A DNA stretch of 64,000 nt from Acidobacteriota bacterium (GCA_021802985.1 JAJZQW010000002.1:4082-68081); one strand, 5' to 3'; counted from the stretch's first letter, positions 27,442-38,393 are shown. The notes: generated by a model from the letters alone, not told the origin. Numbers and translations are program-made.

Positions 27442-30068
27442 GCGACCGGCTCCGCCAGCAGCGCCTTCAGGGCCTGGTAGTCGGTCTTCCCCGTCCCCAG
27501 GGTCGGAATCTGGTCGATCCGGCGGACGTCGCGGATGTTGTGGAGGGACGACAGCCCGGCCGCACGGATGGCGGCGTTGGCATCCTCCCGGGGGATGCCG
27601 GAGACCGTGAAGAGCACCAGATCCGGGTTGATCTCTTCGGGAGTGGCCTCCACCGCCAGGATGGGCGCCACCTCGTCCTCCCCCAAGAACCGCTGGGCAA
27701 GGGCCTCCTCAATGGCCGGGAGGGAGACCATTTCTCCGCCCAGCTTCACGAACCGCTTCAGACGGCCGGTGAACACCAGGACCCCCTCTTCCTCCCGGAC
27801 CAGGTCGCCGGTGTGGTACCAGTCCTCGCCCTCAAACCGCTGGAAGGGGGATTCAACGTTGGGATTCAGATACCCGGAAAAGACGCTGGGCCCGCGAACC
27901 AGCAGCATCCCGGGTGCACCTGGGTCGGCCCGCTTGCCCGTATCCAGGTCCACGATGGCCCATTCGACGGAGGGCAGCGGACGTCCGATGCTTCCCCTGC
28001 GCGGGTTCTCCTCGCGGTTCACCGACACCACAGGGGAGCACTCGGTGATCCCGTAGCCCTCCAGCACGATGACCTGCGGCCAGCGGCGCGCCAGGGTGGC
28101 ATAGAGCGGCTCGGGGCATTTCTCCGCCCCGGAGATCACCCACCGCAGGGACTCCAGGTGGCGGTCCTCCGCCTGGCGGGCGATGCCCGCCAGGAAGGTC
28201 GGCGTGCCCACCAGGAGGGTGGCGTGATAGGCGGCCATGATGCGCGCCAGCATCCGCCCCTCCGTGGGATTCGGATGGTAGACGACGGGGATCCCCAACA
28301 GCATGGGCAGGACCGTGGTGGTGGTCAGGCCGAAGGCATGAAAGGGCGGCAGGCAGCCCATCATCCGGTCATCCTTGCGGAAACGCAGGATCTGCGTGAC
28401 ATCCCGGATATTGGTCAAAATATTGGCATGGGTCAGGGGGACGGCTTTGGGGAGGCTCTCGCTCCCGCTGGTGAAGAGGACCGCCGCCGTCTCCCGGGGA
28501 CGGACCGAGGCCAGGGAGGACCAGTTGAACCGGGCCCGGAAGGCGGCTGACAGTTTAGTCGAAAGGGAGATGCCCTTCCCCACCTCGTCGAGGAGAAGCA
28601 GCCGGTCCTTCACCGCGAGGAGATCGACCCCCTGGGCCTCCAGGCGATTGAGCAGGGCGGAGGCGGTCACCACCTGTTTGACCCCAAGCAGATCGAGGCC
28701 GTGGGCCAGGTTCCGGGAGCCGGCGGTCCAGTTCACCAGCACCGGGGTCTTGCCCGCGAACAGCAGGGCCAGGTAGACGATGTAGGCGCCGCCCGTGGCA
28801 GGCAACATCAGGCCCACATGGTCCCCCTCCAGGCGTTCCAGGATGGGCTTGAGCACCAGGACGGCCGTCACCACGTCCCGGTAGGTACGCACCCCGCTCG
28901 TCTGATCCGCCACCGCCACGCGGCGCGGCCCGCGCTGGGCCTGCCGGAGGAACACCGCAGGGATGGTGTCCCCCTCGGGCATCAGGATGGGAAGGTTGGC
29001 CGGTGCATGGAACCAGGCATGGGGAACCGGCTTGAGCTCCCCCTGCCGAAGCGAGACCGCCGCCCCGGTGGCGGCCAGCATGACGTCCCCCACGGTCTGG
29101 AGGGAGGCCGGATCACTGCAGGGGTAGCCGTAGGCCCGTTCCAGCCAGAGTTCCAATTCGCGGTGGGCCAGGGCGTCCAGCCCCAGCTCGGCCACCAGGG
29201 TCAGCCCGTCCTGGAGGTCATGCAGACCGGAAACGGCCTGGAGGTGACGGCGGACCGCATCGCGGACCTGCGCCGGTACGGCCTTGGGGTTGCCCGCCAC
29301 GCGGGGCCGGGGCGGTTCAGGCAGGATTCGCGGACCCTGTTCCTTCCAGAAGAAGGTGGGCACATAGGTCCTCGGCGCCGCATCGGCATTCAGTCGGGCC
29401 GCCAGCGCAAGGTTCAGGGCCCTTCGTCCCTCCCCCACGGGAAGGCCGGAGAGTTCCTCGAACACCAGGCGAACCTCCCGGCGGGGCATGAAGAAGAGCC
29501 CGTTCGCCAGCAGGTGCCCGAGCCCCTTCAGGAGTTCCCGGCCCAGCCGGGGGCGCTGCCCCGAAGCCGCGCTGAAGCGGCTGCCCCAGAGGCCCCGCAT
29601 CCGAACCAGCACAATGCGGGTTCCGGGGGCCTGCCGAAGCACGGCCTCCAGGACGCTGTTGTCGGCCAGGTCCTCCGTCTTCTGCCGGGAAAGCCGACCG
29701 CCCGGGAACATGAGCAGGCGCTGGCCAGCCCCCAGACGGGCGGCGAGGTCGGTCAGCTCCCGGTCCAGGGCGGCCCGGCAGCCCGCCCCATGGACCGCCG
29801 GATCCGGCAGGGCACACACCCCAAAGGCCCGGGCCAGCCAGCGGAGGACGCCATGGACCGTGTGATCCCGGCCAGAGACCAGGGTGGGCGCCCAGTCCCG
29901 GTGGAGTTCCGTTTCGAGGAGGAAGGGGTCCACCAGCGTGGGGTGGTTGGCCAGGAACAGCACACCCCGGCCGTCCGGCCGGGGGAGGGCGTCCAGGCCG
30001 TCCGTCCGGACGCGATAGCGCAGCCGCATCAGCGGCCGTCCCAGGGAGCGGATCAGGGCGGCAATCAT
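27438..30068 (-). CDS. Aas-like acyltransferase + carrier-like domain + AMP-binding acyl ligase
   Basis: NHPTLVD (HX4D); ACP-like ELGLDAL; FTSGSESLPKAV, GAEK, EGYGITE, YHTGD, RLKRF.K.GGE, GTGKTDY. Confidence 0.88.
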   Translation of the reverse strand: MIAALIRSLGRPLMRLRYRVRTDGLDALPRPDGRGVLFLANHPTLVDPFLLETELHRDWAPTLVSGRDHTVHGVLRWLARAFGVCALPDPAVHGAGCRAALDRELTDLAARLGAGQRLLMFPGGRLSRQKTEDLADNSVLEAVLRQAPGTRIVLVRMRGLWGSRFSAASGQRPRLGRELLKGLGHLLANGLFFMPRREVRLVFEELSGLPVGEGRRALNLALAARLNADAAPRTYVPTFFWKEQGPRILPEPPRPRVAGNPKAVPAQVRDAVRRHLQAVSGLHDLQDGLTLVAELGLDALAHRELELWLERAYGYPCSDPASLQTVGDVMLAATGAAVSLRQGELKPVPHAWFHAPANLPILMPEGDTIPAVFLRQAQRGPRRVAVADQTSGVRTYRDVVTAVLVLKPILERLEGDHVGLMLPATGGAYIVYLALLFAGKTPVLVNWTAGSRNLAHGLDLLGVKQVVTASALLNRLEAQGVDLLAVKDRLLLLDEVGKGISLSTKLSAAFRARFNWSSLASVRPRETAAVLFTSGSESLPKAVPLTHANILTNIRDVTQILRFRKDDRMMGCLPPFHAFGLTTTTVLPMLLGIPVVYHPNPTEGRMLARIMAAYHATLLVGTPTFLAGIARQAEDRHLESLRWVISGAEKCPEPLYATLARRWPQVIVLEGYGITECSPVVSVNREENPRRGSIGRPLPSVEWAIVDLDTGKRADPGAPGMLLVRGPSVFSGYLNPNVESPFQRFEGEDWYHTGDLVREEEGVLVFTGRLKRFVKLGGEMVSLPAIEEALAQRFLGEDEVAPILAVEATPEEINPDLVLFTVSGIPREDANAAIRAAGLSSLHNIRDVRRIDQIPTLGTGKTDYQALKALLAEPVA

Positions 30069-30198
30069 CAGGGTTCAAGCCTTCTGGTGGAAATCGAATG
30101 AATCCAGGATTGTAGCGAGAATCGCAGGAGGCCCCTAAACCGGGGCCCCAGTTCTGCGAAGATTGGGACAGGGCCCCTCTCGGCCCTATGAGGTGCCC

Positions 30199-30930
<732 letters not shown>

Positions 30931-30974
30931 TCCGGGGCCTTCGGTTCGACCCTGACCCCCGGTAGACTGAAGGC

Positions 30975-31649
30975 ATGCAGAAGCTCGTCCAAGGCATCCA
31001 CCAGTTCCAGACCCAGGTCTTCCGCTCCCATCAGGCGCTCTTCGAGGAGCTGGAGACCCACGGGCAGACGCCGGAGACCCTCTTCATCACCTGCTCGGAT
31101 TCGCGCATCAACCCGAACCTCATCACCCAGACCCAGCCAGGCGAGCTCTTCATCCTGCGCAACGTCGGGAATCTTGTGCCGCCCTACGAGAACATGGGCA
31201 GCACGGCGGCGGGCATCGAGTTCGCGGTGGCCGGCCTCCAGGTGAAGGACATCATCATCTGCGGCCATTCCAACTGTGGCGCCATGAAGGCCCTGCTGGA
31301 GCCCGAGCAGCAGCTGGATGGGATGCCGGCCACCCGGGCCTGGCTGTCCCATGCCCGCAAGACGGAGCAGATCATGTGGCAGAGCTACGGCCACCTGCAT
31401 GGAGATGCGCTCCTCCACGCCACGGTGGAGGAGAATGTCCTGGTCCAGGTCGAGAACCTTCGCAGCCACCCGGCGGTGGCCAAGGCCGTGGCCACGGGCC
31501 AGCTCCACCTGCACGCATGGGTGTACAAGATCCAAACCGGCGAGGTGTTCGCGTTCGATCCGGGTACAGGCCAGTACACCAGTGTCACCGGGCTGGATGG
31601 CCTGTCCCCCCTGGATGCAGAGCACCGGACGACGGACCTCTCGATCTGA
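30975..31649 (+). CDS. beta-class carbonic anhydrase
   Basis: FITCSDSR, GELF..RNVGN, CGHSNCGAM. Confidence 0.95.
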   Translation: MQKLVQGIHQFQTQVFRSHQALFEELETHGQTPETLFITCSDSRINPNLITQTQPGELFILRNVGNLVPPYENMGSTAAGIEFAVAGLQVKDIIICGHSNCGAMKALLEPEQQLDGMPATRAWLSHARKTEQIMWQSYGHLHGDALLHATVEENVLVQVENLRSHPAVAKAVATGQLHLHAWVYKIQTGEVFAFDPGTGQYTSVTGLDGLSPLDAEHRTTDLSI

Positions 31650-31657
31650 TCCTCGAG

Positions 31658-32569
31658 CTAGATGGACAACCGATCCAGCCGATCAGGCCGGTCGCGCCAG
31701 CCCTCGTCCACCTTCACGAACAGCTCCAGCCGCACGGGACGCTGGAGCAGCTTCTTCAGCTCCCGCTGGGCACTCTGGCGGATGTCCTTGATCATCTCGC
31801 CCTGGGAGCCGAGCAGGATCTTGCGGTGGCCGTCCCGGTCCACGAGGATCTGCGCGGCGATGAACACGCCTTCGGGAGCCATGTCCTCCGGATAGTCCTC
31901 ATGGCCCGGCTCCAGCCACTGCTCGATGAGCACCGCCACGCCGTGGGGCACTTCCTCCCGGGTCTTGCGGAGCACCTTCTCCCGGATGAACTCAGCGGCC
32001 AGTGACCGTTCGGTCTGGTCCGTGAAGGTCTCGGGATCGTAGGGCCAGCCAGGCTGCGTGGCATCCCGCTCCAGCAGGTTCCAGAGGGGGTCCATGTTCA
32101 GGCCCATCTTGGCGCCGATGGGGACCACTTCCTTGAAGGGGAGCAGGTCCTTGTAGGTGGCGATTTTCTCCAGCAGCCGCCCCTTGGAGAGGAGATCGAT
32201 CTTGTTGAGCAGCAGGTAGGTCGGGCGTTCCAGCTTCCGCAGCCGCTTGGCCAGGGCGTGTTCGCCCGTACCCAGATACTCGTTGGCATCCACCACCCAC
32301 AGCACCAGGTCCGCCTCCTCCAGGGCCTGCTCCACATGAGCCATCATCCGCTCGTTGAGGGCATGCTTCGGCAGGTGGATGCCAGGGGTATCGAGGAAGG
32401 CGAGTTGGGCCTCGCCACGGTCCACCACCCCCAGCACCCGGGTGCGGGTGGTCTGGGGCATCTGGCTGGTGGCAGCCAGCTTCTGGCCCAGCAGGGCGTT
32501 CAGGAGCGTGGACTTCCCGGCGTTCGGCAGGCCGATGATGGCGACAGTGGCGTGCCGGTGCTCACCCAC
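31658..32569 (-). CDS. era: GTPase Era
   Basis: GLPNAGKST, PQTTR, DTPG, NKID, KH region EEVPH...LELFVKV..GWR; start probably GTG overlapping the lpxA stop. Confidence 0.95.
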   Translation of the reverse strand: MGEHRHATVAIIGLPNAGKSTLLNALLGQKLAATSQMPQTTRTRVLGVVDRGEAQLAFLDTPGIHLPKHALNERMMAHVEQALEEADLVLWVVDANEYLGTGEHALAKRLRKLERPTYLLLNKIDLLSKGRLLEKIATYKDLLPFKEVVPIGAKMGLNMDPLWNLLERDATQPGWPYDPETFTDQTERSLAAEFIREKVLRKTREEVPHGVAVLIEQWLEPGHEDYPEDMAPEGVFIAAQILVDRDGHRKILLGSQGEMIKDIRQSAQRELKKLLQRPVRLELFVKVDEGWRDRPDRLDRLSI

Positions 32570-33347
32570 GATGGATGCCCCGCTTCGATTCCCGGATGAA
32601 CGTGAGGAGGTAGGCCACTTCGGGGATGGCACCACACTCCCGCTCGACCTGCTGCAGGGCCGCGTCCCGAAGCAACCCGGCGTGGAAGAGCAGGCGGTGC
32701 GCCCGCTTCAGGCCTTCGACCACTTCAGGAGAGAAGCCCTTGCGCTGGAGGCCGATGGTGTTCACGCCGTAGCTCTTGGTGTCCCGCGCCCCCACGGTCT
32801 TCATGAAGGGCAGCACGTCCTGGGTGGCCACGGTGAAGCCGCCCATGAAGGCCTGATCGCCGACCCGGCAGAACTGGTGCACAGCGGAGAAGGCTCCGAT
32901 GTTGCAGCCATCCCCCACTTCGACATGGCCCGCCAGGGTCGCGCAGTTGGCGAAGATGTTCTTGCTCCCCACATGGCAGTCGTGGGCCACGTGGGACCCG
33001 GTCATGAGGAAATTGTCGTCACCCATGGTGGTCAGCCCGCCCCCGCCCTCCGTGCCCCGGTGGAGGGTGCAGCCCTCGCGGATCACGTTGCGGTGGCCCA
33101 CCACCAAGCGGGTCGGGGCGCCCTTGAACTTCAGGTCCTGGGGGCCCATGCCCAGGGTGGCGTGGGGGTAGATGTCGTTGTCCTCGCCGATCTCGGTATG
33201 GGGGCCGATGACCACATGGCTGCGCAACAGGGTGCGCGCGCCGATGACGGCATTGCCTTCGATCAGACAAAAGGGGCCGATGACCACGCCCTCGCCCAGG
33301 CGGGCCTCCGGGCTGACGACGCTGCTGGGATGAATCTGCGCACTCAT
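32562..33347 (-). CDS. lpxA: UDP-N-acetylglucosamine acyltransferase
   Basis: Hexapeptide repeats, PQDLKF, IRE..TLHRGT, HVAHDC, VHQFCR. Confidence 0.97.
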   Translation of the reverse strand: MSAQIHPSSVVSPEARLGEGVVIGPFCLIEGNAVIGARTLLRSHVVIGPHTEIGEDNDIYPHATLGMGPQDLKFKGAPTRLVVGHRNVIREGCTLHRGTEGGGGLTTMGDDNFLMTGSHVAHDCHVGSKNIFANCATLAGHVEVGDGCNIGAFSAVHQFCRVGDQAFMGGFTVATQDVLPFMKTVGARDTKSYGVNTIGLQRKGFSPEVVEGLKRAHRLLFHAGLLRDAALQQVERECGAIPEVAYLLTFIRESKRGIHRG

Positions 33348-33814
33348 TTGACTTCTCCCTCCGCCAGATCCATGAGCATGGACATGAACTCCGCCTCGGC
33401 CACTTTCTGCCCAGCCACGAAGGCCTCCCCCCGCATCTTGCAGATCCGGCCCTTGAGGCTCACCACCTTCACTTCCATGACCAGCTGGTCACCCGGCACC
33501 ACGGGCTTGCGGAACTTCACTCCCTCGATGGACATGAAGTAGATCACCTTGCGGCTGCGGTCCTCGTACTCGCGCATGAGGAGGCAGCCCCCCGTCTGGG
33601 CCATGGCCTCCACGATGTAGACGCCGGGAAACACCGGCCGGTTCGGGAAGTGGCCCTGGAAGACCTGCTCGTCGAAGCTGATGTTCTTCAGGCCACGGAT
33701 CCAGACCTTGGGTTCGAAGTCCAGGATCCGGTCCACCAGGAGGAGCGGATAGCGGTGGGGCAGCAGGTCCATGATCCCCTGCAGATCGATGATTCTCGGC
33801 TCGCGTTCGGACAT
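33344..33814 (-). CDS. fabZ: 3-hydroxyacyl-ACP dehydratase
   Basis: LPHRYP.LLVDR, FQGHFP..PVFPGV..VEAMAQ, FRKPVVPGD. Confidence 0.97.
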   Translation of the reverse strand: MSEREPRIIDLQGIMDLLPHRYPLLLVDRILDFEPKVWIRGLKNISFDEQVFQGHFPNRPVFPGVYIVEAMAQTGGCLLMREYEDRSRKVIYFMSIEGVKFRKPVVPGDQLVMEVKVVSLKGRICKMRGEAFVAGQKVAEAEFMSMLMDLAEGEVK

Positions 33815-33865
33815 CCGGCACTCCAAGCCTCCAGATTACCGGCTTGGGCCCCTGGGCTCCAGAGC

Positions 33866-35653
33866 TCAGGCCGGCCGAACCGTCCGCTCGAAGACCCGGG
33901 CCTCGATGAAGAGATCCAGCAGGGCCCGGTCCAGGGCCCCCTCCCGGGCCTCGTCATCGAGGATCGCCAGGCTTCGTTCCAGGGGCACGGCCGCCTTGTA
34001 GGGGCGGTCCTGGGCCGTGAGGGCGTCGAACACATCGGCGATGGCCATGGCCCGGCTCTGGACGGGAATCTCCGCCGCGCCGAGGCGCCGGGGATAGCCC
34101 CGGCCCGTCAGGCGTTCGTGATGGGCATAGGCGATCTCGGGGATGCCCGCCAGGTCCTTGGTCCACGGGATGCGCTCCAGGAACTGGAACGTGTGCGTGA
34201 CATGACTCTCGATTTCCAGCCGCTCGGACTCTGACAGGCTGCCCCGACGGATGCGGAGGCTGGCCAGGTCGCCGGCCGCCACGACGCCCTTGGGTTGCCC
34301 GCTCCAGTGCGTGAAGGTGAGGTGTTCCAGCAGGTCCAGGCCGTCGGCCACCTCCTCGGCCAGGATCGTCGGTTCATTGCTCTGACGAACCAGATGGATG
34401 AGGCGCTCGGTCTGGTCCTGCCGGTCCCGGATCACCTGGCCCCAGCGGGCCGCATCGAAGCGGTCGCCCCCCTTCCAGGCCTGGGCCAGAAGGTCCAGGG
34501 CGTCCTCCAGCTCGCGCTGGCGGAGGCGCTGAAGGATCATCTCCAGTTGCGCGGGATCCAGCTTCTTGGCCTTCACCAGCACCTGCTCGCGCACCCCCAC
34601 CTTCCCGAAGTCGTGCAGAAGGCTGGCATACCGGAGTTCCCTGAGTTGGCGGTCGGTGAAGTGCAGGTCACCATAACGGCCATTGGGCATGAGGTTGACG
34701 GCCTCGGCCAACCCCACGGTGAGCTCCGCCACCCGCCCGGAATGGCCGCTGGTGACGGGATCCCGGGCCTCGATCGCGGTCACGGAGGCATTCACGAAAC
34801 CCTCGAAGAGCAGCTCGATCTCCGCCCGGAGGTTGGCGTTCTTGACCGCGACACCCGCTTGGCCAGCGAGGCTTTGGGCCAGGCGGGCATGCTCGGCAAG
34901 GAAGGGCACCACCCGGTGCGTTCCGTCGACCTCTTCCAGTCGATTCAACAGGGCCAAGGCCCCCAGGACGGTCCCCTCCGTGTCCTGCATGGGGACGACC
35001 AGCATCGACTGGGTGCGGTAGCCGGTCTGGAGGTCGAAGGCCTGGTTGAACTCGTAGGGGGCGTCCTCCGGAAGCTGATACACGTCCTCGACATTGAGGA
35101 CCGCGCCGGTGGATGCCACGTAACCCGCGATGGCCTTGGGCGTGAGGGGCATGCGGAACCGCTCCGAGGGCCATTTCACCCGGGCGTTCTGCGTGTGTGC
35201 GAAGAGCAGTTCCCGATCGTCCCCCTCCCCCATTACCAGGTAGATGGAGCCCGCCTCGGCGGAGACCAGCTCCCGGGCCGACGTGAGGATCAGGTCCAGC
35301 AGCCGGTCGAGGTTCTGCTCCGAGGCCAGGGCCCGACCGACGTGGTGCAGGCGCTCCATGTTCTGTTTGTCCTTGAGCCGCTCCCAGCCGGCCTGGATCA
35401 GGGCCAGCGCCGCCGCTTCTCCGGGCCAGAGGGGACAAGCCGCCAGTTCGCCTTCCCAGGCCAGCCCCACCACCACGTCCGCGGGGCCCGCCTCGACCCA
35501 TACCAGGTGATGGCGGATCTCCCGCCCGACTCGATCCAGGAGGGTGATACGGTGCTCGGGAGGGACAGCGACCGTGAAACGCAAAGGGGATTCCAGCTCC
35601 GGGAAAAAGAAGGTGCCGCCAGCATATCGGAATTCCCCTGCCCCAACAGTCAT
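33866..35653 (-). CDS. GAF + HD-GYP cyclic di-nucleotide phosphodiesterase
   Basis: GAF (FD.QTGYRTQSML.VP), RDPVTSGHS.RV, LLHDFGK, HHE...GRGYP, ADVFDALT..RPYK; start uncertain (ATG 35653 or TTG 35584). Confidence 0.9.
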   Translation of the reverse strand: MTVGAGEFRYAGGTFFFPELESPLRFTVAVPPEHRITLLDRVGREIRHHLVWVEAGPADVVVGLAWEGELAACPLWPGEAAALALIQAGWERLKDKQNMERLHHVGRALASEQNLDRLLDLILTSARELVSAEAGSIYLVMGEGDDRELLFAHTQNARVKWPSERFRMPLTPKAIAGYVASTGAVLNVEDVYQLPEDAPYEFNQAFDLQTGYRTQSMLVVPMQDTEGTVLGALALLNRLEEVDGTHRVVPFLAEHARLAQSLAGQAGVAVKNANLRAEIELLFEGFVNASVTAIEARDPVTSGHSGRVAELTVGLAEAVNLMPNGRYGDLHFTDRQLRELRYASLLHDFGKVGVREQVLVKAKKLDPAQLEMILQRLRQRELEDALDLLAQAWKGGDRFDAARWGQVIRDRQDQTERLIHLVRQSNEPTILAEEVADGLDLLEHLTFTHWSGQPKGVVAAGDLASLRIRRGSLSESERLEIESHVTHTFQFLERIPWTKDLAGIPEIAYAHHERLTGRGYPRRLGAAEIPVQSRAMAIADVFDALTAQDRPYKAAVPLERSLAILDDEAREGALDRALLDLFIEARVFERTVRPA

Positions 35654-36830
35654 CTGGGAAGGGCTCGTGGAACGCCTGGCCTGGGGCGGCAAGGGCGTGG
35701 CCCACGGGTCCGACGGCCGCCTGCTGCTGCTGGAGGCCCCCCTGGCCCTCTTCCCCGGCGAGACCGTCGAGGCCCAGGTCATCTGGAAGGCTCACCACGG
35801 CGAAGGCCGGGTCACCCGCTGGATCACCCGGGATCCCCGCCGCGTGCCGGCCGCGTGCCCGGTGGCGGCGGTCTGCGGCGGCTGCGAACTGTGGGAGGCA
35901 GGCGGGCATGGCCCCGCCCTGAAGCGCCAGATGGTGGAGGATCTCTTCCGCCGCCAGCTGGGCGAGGTGGACTGGACTTGGCGCCCCGCCCCGCCGGAAG
36001 CCCGTCGGCATCGCATCCAACTCCACTGGGACGGCACAGCGCTGGGCTACTTCCGTCGGCACAGTCACGCCCTGGTGCCGGTCTCCGCCTGCCCCGCCGC
36101 GGCCGAGCCCCTGTCGGCCGCCCTGCCCCGCCTGCTGGACGCCCTGGAAGGCGGGGCCCTGCCCCATCGTCCCCAGCGCTGGGAATTGGCCACGGGTACG
36201 CCCGCCCGCGAGGTCCGGGCCACGGACGAGCGAGGCCGAACCTGGCGCCTGGAACCCGACGGTTGGACCCGGGACGAAGACCCCCTGCGGCACGACCTCG
36301 GGGCGACCGTGCTGAAACACGGCCCCGGTGCGTTCTTCCAGGTGAGTCCCCCCTGGGCGGCCCAGGCCTTCGGCGACCTGCTGGAGGGCTGGGACCTCCG
36401 GGGCGGAACCCTCTTCGACCTCTACGGCGGCGTGGGGCTCTTCTCCGCCCTGCTGGGCCGCCGGTTTGTCCATCGGATGCTGGTGGAATCGGGCGAGGAG
36501 GCTGTCGCCTGGGCCCGCCAGAACCTTGAGGCGCTGGGCCTCTCCTCGGAATGCCTCGTGGCGGACGCCGACGCCTGGGTGCCCGAAGGCCTCGGCGCCC
36601 CGGGGGACCTGATCCTCCTGGATCCGCCGCGGGCCGGCCTGACGCCGGGCCTCTGCGAACGGCTCCAGACCGCGGGCGCGGAGACCCTTGTGCTCGTGGG
36701 CTGCGACGGGGCCGCCTTCTGCCGGGACCTGAAGCGGCTCGCCCCGGCCTGGCGCCTGGAGGCCCTCGCCGCGCTGGATCTCTTCCCCCTCACGAGCCTC
36801 GTGGAGTGTGTGGCCCTGCTCCGCCGTTAG
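35613..36830 (+). CDS. RlmD/TrmA-family RNA m5U methyltransferase
   Basis: CP....CGGC, FFQV, DLYGGVGLF, LDPPRAG, VGCD...RD, DLFP.T..VE; start uncertain (35544-35613). Confidence 0.85.
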   Translation: MPPAYRNSPAPTVIWEGLVERLAWGGKGVAHGSDGRLLLLEAPLALFPGETVEAQVIWKAHHGEGRVTRWITRDPRRVPAACPVAAVCGGCELWEAGGHGPALKRQMVEDLFRRQLGEVDWTWRPAPPEARRHRIQLHWDGTALGYFRRHSHALVPVSACPAAAEPLSAALPRLLDALEGGALPHRPQRWELATGTPAREVRATDERGRTWRLEPDGWTRDEDPLRHDLGATVLKHGPGAFFQVSPPWAAQAFGDLLEGWDLRGGTLFDLYGGVGLFSALLGRRFVHRMLVESGEEAVAWARQNLEALGLSSECLVADADAWVPEGLGAPGDLILLDPPRAGLTPGLCERLQTAGAETLVLVGCDGAAFCRDLKRLAPAWRLEALAALDLFPLTSLVECVALLRR

Positions 36831-37327
36831 ATCGACGCCCCTTCGATCCGGAGCAGCCGCGCCTTCATGTCCAGCCCCCCGGCGTAGCCCGTCAGCGCGC
36901 CCCCGGCCCCGATGACGCGATGGCAGGGCACGAGGATGGAGATGGGGTTGGCCCCGTTGGCCCGCCCCACGGCCCGGCTGAGGTTCCGGTCGCCCAGCGC
37001 CTCCGCCAACTGGCCATAGCTGCGGGTCTCTGCGAAGGGGATGCGTTGGAGTTCGGCCCAGACCCGCCGCTCAAATTCGCTGCCATGAAGCCGAAAGGGG
37101 ATGTCGAAATGGCGGAGCCGCCCCTCGGCGAAAGCATCGAGCTGGATCCGAAGGCGCGCCAGGACCGTCTCGGAGGGCACCACCGCCGGCCCCAGGCCTG
37201 CCACCCGAGCCAAGAGTGGCGCGCGGAACTCGTGCTCCGCGAAGCCGAGGTAGATCACGGCGCCCGCTCCGTCGAAGGCTGCCTGGATGGGGCCAAGCCC
37301 CGTGTCGATGCGATGGATGCCGTTCAT
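36827..37327 (-). CDS. methylated-DNA-protein-cysteine methyltransferase (Ogt-like) 1
   Basis: VW..L..IP, SYGQLA, RAVG.ANG.NP...VPCHRV, GYAGG; ATG overlaps the alkA-fragment stop. Confidence 0.92.
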   Translation of the reverse strand: MNGIHRIDTGLGPIQAAFDGAGAVIYLGFAEHEFRAPLLARVAGLGPAVVPSETVLARLRIQLDAFAEGRLRHFDIPFRLHGSEFERRVWAELQRIPFAETRSYGQLAEALGDRNLSRAVGRANGANPISILVPCHRVIGAGGALTGYAGGLDMKARLLRIEGASI

Positions 37328-38393
37328 GCGGGCACTCCCTTGAGGCTGGTCCAGAGGTGGAAGGTGGCCAGGCTGCGGTGTGGCGCAAAAGGCGCCATCA
37401 GCCGGACTGTGGCGGCGGCATCCGGCCGTTCGGGCAGATGGAAGGTCCGCTGCAAGGCCAGGGTGAGGCCTGCATCTCCCACGGGCACGCAGTCGCCGAA
37501 CCCCAAACCGCGCATCAGGACGTACTGCGCCGTCCACAGGCCGCACCCCCGCAGGGCCAGCAGGGCCCGGGCGGCCCCCGTGGCCGTGGGCAGGCGCTCC
37601 AGCCGCAGGTGTCCCCCCGCGACCTGGGTGGCGGCGCCGATCACGTACTCGGCTTTCCGCCGGGAGAAGCGCAACGCCTGAAGCGTCTCGGGCGCCAGAC
37701 TCGCCAGGTGTTCCGCATCCGGATGGGCGATGAGGCCCCGTCCACCCGCTCGGAGACGCTCTGCCCGTCCCGCCCGTGGAAGCGGAGGAGATCGTCTGCC
37801 CGGAACGCTGATGGCAGGTTCAGGGTGAACCGGCCGGTCTCCAGCATCGTGCGGTACGTGCCGGGGCTCAGCCCGGTCTGGCGCCGGAAGGCCCCATGGA
37901 ACCCCGAGGCACTCTCGAACCCGACGCCATAGCCCAATTCGGAGAGGCCCTCTGCGTCCTCGGCCAGCCGGAGACAGGCCGCCCGGATGCGGACGCCCTG
38001 AAGGAAGGCCGCCGGCGTCGTGTGGACATGGGTCCGGAACAGGAGCTTCAGTTTGGTGGCACCGACGGCCATGGCCTCCGCCAGTGCCGCCACCGAGGAG
38101 AAGGCCTCGGGCGCGGCGGCCGTTGCCAGGAGGACCTCCTCCAGCCGCGCCAGATCCGGATCTTCCTCACGGTAGTAACGATCGGGGCGGCAGCGCTTGC
38201 AAGGGCGCAGCCCCGCAGCCATGGCCGCGGCCTCGTCCGGGAAGAACCGCACGTTCTCCCGAAGGGGCTTCCGGGCCGTGCAGGAGGGCAGGCAGTAGAT
38301 CCCCGTGGTGAGGACGCCCGTGAGCACACGTCCATCGAAGGAGGCGTCCTTCTCCAGGATCCGCGTGTAGAGGTACTCGTCCGTCCAGCGCAT
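37324..38393 (-). pseudogene. ada-alkA fusion gene with internal deletion and frameshift near 37740
   Basis: 5' frame: Ada Zn motif (TTGIYCLPSC, GLRPCKRCRP), AraC HTH and the start of AlkA_N (...SERVDG). The sequence then continues in another frame as GLIAHPDAEHLA...FSRRKAEY...LRGCGLWTA.YV.MRG....D..P.GD (HhH-GPD); the middle section is missing. Confidence 0.8.

Noticed and set aside
37730-37750. Programmed frameshift joining the ada and alkA frames
   Set aside because: No slippery heptamer, and a large part of AlkA would still be missing after reframing; a deletion explains it better.
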